DNA of 64,000 nt from the human T2T-CHM13v2.0 reference genome, Homo sapiens. The notes under the pieces were generated by a model. The model ran no database searches. It was not told where the DNA came from and saw nothing but the letters and a program-made list of their open reading frames with translations. Shown here one piece after another: positions 58,575 through 64,000 of the stretch. Both the position numbers and the translations under genes were made by a program. The first letter of the stretch is position 1; the number at the start of each line of letters is the position of its first letter. The stretch lies in NCBI RefSeq assembly GCF_009914755.1, contig NC_060940.1; one strand, given 5' to 3'.

Positions 58575-58800
58575 CTTGAGCACCTAACATGCAGTAAACA
58601 TTGGACAGATGCTTTATGTACTTTATATGCTTTATATCAGTCCTAACTAGTAGCAGTTTGAGGGAGTGTGCATTCTCTTTATTATCCAGATGAGGGATCT
58701 GAGGTCCAGAGAGGAAAAGAAACTTTCCCGGCATAACTGTCAGAGAAGGGACTCAGACCTAGGTCTGTGTGACTCTAGGCCTGGGCTCTAACCACTGAGC
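58575..58800 (-). mobile_element. MIR
   Basis: cagatgagggatctgaggtccagagagg...gggactcagacctaggtctgtgtgactc...gctctaaccact. Confidence 0.75.
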
Positions 58801-58894
58801 TCTGCTCCTGATAGAATGAGAGTCAGCTTTGGTGTCTCCATCACCCTGGGCAGCCAGACTGTGCCTCATTCTCTTCTCACCTTCCTCCTCCCAG

Positions 58895-59046
58895 ATAACA
58901 GCGACTTGATTGCATGTACAGTGATCACCAAGGATGGCGGCATGGTCCAGCGATTCCTGGCTGTGGATATTTACCAGATGAGTTTGGTGGAGCCTGATGT
59001 GTCCAGGCTTGGCTGGGGAGTGGTCAAGTTTGCAGGCCTATTGCAG
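58895..59046 (+). CDS. CLEC16A: CLEC16A internal coding exon (exon 20 by recalled numbering), 152 bp
   Basis: Polypyrimidine tract ctcttctcaccttcctcctcccAG (AG 58893-58894) and donor CAG|GTAAGA. The first 2 nt complete the previous codon, then NSDLIACTVITKDGGMVQRFLAVDIYQMSLVEPDVSRLGWGVVKFAGLLQ, which I recognise as CLEC16A. Joins the next exon in frame. Confidence 0.96.
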
Positions 59047-59088
59047 GTAAGATGGCCAGGAGCTCTGGGATCTGTTCTCAGTTGGCTA

Positions 59089-59091
<3 letters not shown>

Positions 59092-59119
<28 letters not shown>

Positions 59120-59127
59120 CACACACA
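59092..59127 (+). repeat. (CA)n microsatellite about 45 bp downstream of the donor site
   Basis: Direct reading. Confidence 0.9.
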
Positions 59128-59792
59128 ATTGTCATCTTTATCATTAATTTGTAGTGATATTATACAAGGTATATGTGAACAAATTGTCACCCAAAAAAAA
59201 GCTAAAATACCACATAAATGCACAGATAAGAGCAAAGTCCTCTTTGACCAAAACGCTCGATTCTTACACCTCCCCTCCACCAGAGATAATCTTCATTATC
59301 AGTGTGACCTTTCCAGATCTGTTTTTCTGCCAAAGGCATATATAAATGTAACTACATGTACTATTTTTAAAAATTATATACATATACTTGAGAGTGTATG
59401 TGTGTGTTTTTTATGATATCACATTGAATATGTTCTAAACTTTGCTTTTGTCATTCAATATCAATAGTGTGTCTTGGAGAGCCAGCCACATTAGTACACG
59501 CAGACTTCCTGGTATTCTTTTTCACTGCTTTGTGACTATAGCAAGGCATACTTAACCCATGCCGTGTCGGCTATTTCCAGTTTTCTGCTATTTCAGCAGA
59601 CGGTGCTGCCATGAACAGAATCACTCTTACTTCTTTATGCACTTGGGCAAGGTTTCCCTAGGCAGATACCAAGAAGCTGGGGTGTACTAATTTTAAGTGT
59701 TAGTAGACACTGCCAAATACCACTCTAAAATGATTGTTGCCACTGGCATTTTTGTGAATTCCCTTCCGCTCAACGTCACCCCAGCAGAGCTA

Positions 59793-60317
<525 letters not shown>

Positions 60318-61126
60318 TCAGGCCTGAACTTTGCCCTACTTCAAGGCAGTCCATTTCTTTGCCAGCCAGCCCTGGTTTCTGGAAGGGCCTTGCTCAGGCC
60401 GCCCCACCTCTGCCTTGCCGCAGCCTGACCTGCTGTCTGTGTCCTGCTCTCTGCGAGAACCACCCACATACTTGAAGCTACTGTTACAGCCTCTTCCCCA
60501 GCCTCCTCTTCTTCAGGATCTTTCTATTGTAAAAGTGTCTTTTACAAAGTGTGGTGTGAGAAACAACTATAGAAGAATCTTTCATTTAAAAGAAACACTC
60601 CATGTAAGACATTATCCATTAAGTGACTTATGCTTATCTATCTAGGCTTTATCTAGGCTTATGATTAATTTCCTTTAGAATTTAGTGTCAGGCAAGTGTT
60701 TTTCTCCCCTGAAGAATTAATATGTGTCTTCCATCAGACAATGAAAGCCACATAAACCTTTTTTTTTGGCCGTCTTCCAATGGGTGCTATTTGTCAGGTC
60801 TTTACTATACCAGACTCCCTGCTTTAAATGCAGAATGCCTCATCTGATCTTACTGCCGCGTTTTGATGGGGGTGTTATCTCCAAAGAGCCTGTGCCAAAT
60901 GTAGTGCCTGAGAACCACAACCATCTTCCTCTGTGAGCCTTTTCCAATGTTGTCCCCACCTCCTTTAACATTTCTGACTTTTGTGTTCATTCCCTCTCAG
61001 GCTTTTATATCAGATCACCTCAAACCTTCATGGGAGTAGATTGTCTATGCAGAGTCCGTTCTGAGGTTTTAGACTGGTTTGTCTTTATTATATTTTGCTA
61101 CATGTTCATTTATTCTCCACCTTTGA

Positions 61127-61480
<354 letters not shown>

Positions 61481-62020
61481 CCTGTCCCTTTCTCAGGATT
61501 AGCTTTTCCCTTTGGGGACCAGAAGTTTGTCAAAGACATACAAATGGTTGCCAACGATGTCCCCTTCTTAGAAGAAATAAGGAAGAAATTGATGAGTAGA
61601 TGAGCAACTATATCTGAGATCATGCCAGATGGTAATAGTAATTTTGGTTCATTATCTCTGGCTTCTCAGAAGTAAGAGTTTGCCTGTGGTGTTACCTGTG
61701 GCCCCTTGAAGAGGCTTGTGGGGGTACGCTGTTATTCATGAGCTGACCCCAGTCCTCATGGAAAACAGGCACCAGCCACCACCACCAGCATCCGCTCCTT
61801 TGGGGTACTCTGTGCCTCCTCCCACACTGTCCTCTCCCACTGGGCCTGGTCTGCCTTGTGCCCATCCATGACTCTGTTGGACTTGGGAGGCTGTCGATCT
61901 TAGATCAAAAGCAGAGATGAATTTGGAGACCTCTTTCTAGATGCCTCATGATGCCACAGCTCCTAGCCACCCTCCTCCCAAACCCAACGAATGCCTTTTC
62001 CTTTGCTTCTCACTGTGCAG

Positions 62021-62225
62021 GACATGCAGGTGACTGGCGTGGAGGACGACAGCCGTGCCCTGAACATCACCATCCACAAGCCTGCGTCCAGCCCCCATTC
62101 CAAGCCCTTCCCCATCCTCCAGGCCACCTTCATCTTCTCAGACCACATCCGCTGCATCATCGCCAAGCAGCGCCTGGCCAAAGGCCGCATCCAGGCAAGG
62201 CGCATGAAGATGCAGAGAATAGCTG
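62021..62225 (+). CDS. CLEC16A: CLEC16A internal coding exon (exon 21 by recalled numbering), 205 bp
   Basis: Acceptor ccttttcctttgcttctcactgtgcAG (62019-62020) and donor G|GTGAGT. Encodes DMQVTGVEDDSRALNITIHKPASSPHSKPFPILQATFIFSDHIRCIIAKQRLAKGRIQARRMKMQRIA plus 1 nt, continuing the previous exon's frame. GC3-rich codons. Confidence 0.96.
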
Positions 62226-62509
62226 GTGAGTGGCTGGACCCTGGCAGGGCATCCTCTGAGCACTTGGTGGGTCAGGGCTGTTTGTAGTTCTCACACTGAC
62301 CTTGAGAACCCCCATAGCATAGAAGAAGACACGTATGATTCAGGAATTGTTTTATATACGAATACGAGGAAGTTCCATTTCCTGGGTGTTTGGTTTCTGG
62401 TGAGTTTCTAGGGCTGCATGGAAGAGAAGAGGAGCTCTCCCTAGCAGGCAGGAGGCCAGCAATAAGTAGACGTCAGTGTGGGACCACTCTTCTCAGCCCT
62501 TCACACTGA

Positions 62510-62670
62510 AATTCTCAAGCATATGTTAACAAAGTGCTTTGACGTTACTCTACCACCTCCGATCCTTAAAACAACTCTGGAGTTCTGTAGGGCCTGCTCT
62601 GCCCATTTTACGGAGAAGGAAACAGGCTCAGGGACTTGCCCAAAGTCACACAGGCAGAACCCACAGGCAG
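62510..62670 (-). mobile_element. MIR
   Basis: cccattttacggagaaggaaacaggctcagggacttgcccaaagtcacacag. Confidence 0.75.
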
Positions 62671-63083
62671 AACTTCCTACTGTAAACTTACCCCTTCCTC
62701 CTTCCCCTTCCCAGTTCTTATAAGAGGCAGCCCTGCTTGGTGAAAGGCTGGAACCCTTGGAAGGAAGTCATTTTACATTTCACGGGGATTGCGGTGAATT
62801 TCTGAGGAAGCCCAACACTGCCCAGTATTAGGAAGGCCAGGATTTATTACAAGGAAAGTCACAGAAATGAGGGAGATGCGTTCATTGGGCAGGAAGGCAA
62901 GGCCTTCTCCTCGGCGTGGGGGGAAGGCATGCTGTCAACTCCTAAAATGACAGTCTTTCTCAAGATACCCAGTGCCATTCAGTTCAGGCACCAGTGCTCA
63001 TCCTGGTGGCTGCTGAGAGGATTTTAAGCCTACCTGGGGATGTGGGGGTGCTTTCTCAAGGGATAACTTTAAAATAAGCCCTT

Positions 63084-63378
<295 letters not shown>

Positions 63379-64000
63379 TCAGAGGGCCAGTTTCTGGGCG
63401 TTACCGATGCGATGATTTACTGTGCTGATTTGCACAGGCCCGCGTCCCACGTTGTCGTCCCCGTCTCATTTCTCACTTAGCTGAAACTTGGCCTACAAAA
63501 TCATTACTGAAGCATTCTGTAATGTGCAAAGTGACTTAAATCATTCAGCCCTTTCTTTTAAGATTTATTTTCAGAGAGTTTTTTTTTTTTCTTCATGTAA
63601 AGCAATTTCTCACAGCTGGCATGAAGGCCAAATACTTCATTTGAAAATTGAGAATTATGCTGTAAAGTGGCTGTTAGAACTAAAGCCTTGGGTATTTCTT
63701 AAATTGATTTTAAAAAGCCCCTCCGTATGGATATATTGGGAGGTTTATTTATGGAAGGGAGGTTAGTGGCTGAGACAGATAAACACCCACTCAGAGTTAC
63801 ACATGTACATGCACATCCATATTTTCGCATGCTCCTGCACATGTGCGGATATACATACACACGTATACGTGTGAACTCTCTGGGCAGACTCGGCCCCACT
63901 CGCTTGGGGTCTGAAACAGCCTTTGTCAGGGTCCTTTACACATGGAAGCTGAGAATCCAAAGTGGAAATTGACCCAGCTTCCATTCCACTCGAGGAGCCC

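Noticed and set aside
58816-59154. Full ORF-track calls 58816-59154 and 61991-62287 as stand-alone genes
   Set aside because: Only the parts between the AG and GT sites are CLEC16A coding. The extensions are intronic read-through.

Overview
Primate, almost certainly human, genomic DNA lying inside the CLEC16A gene (16p13.13), which is transcribed on the + strand. Only two coding exons are present: 58895-59046 (152 bp) and 62021-62225 (205 bp). Both have canonical AG/GT boundaries and splice in frame into a recognisable stretch of CLEC16A protein (NSDLIACTVITKDGG...RRMKMQRIA). Exon numbering (20 and 21) is from memory. On that numbering the first ~58.9 kb is nearly all of the large intron 19, known for autoimmune-disease association and long-range enhancer activity. 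The rest is dense in transposon relics: roughly 40 Alu-derived segments, MIR, L2, old L1, MaLR LTRs, hAT and Tigger elements, and microsatellites. Almost all ORFs in the supplied track are repeat-derived or chance. I see no prokaryote-type system, CRISPR array or novel protein-coding gene. The most interesting candidates are regulatory or RNA-level: a dense haematopoietic motif cluster near 43.4 kb, a possible Alu-flanked, stop-free 357-nt circular RNA from the two exons, a tightly spaced inverted Alu pair, and several motif-bearing palindromes. Repeat subfamily calls and boundaries were made by eye and are approximate.
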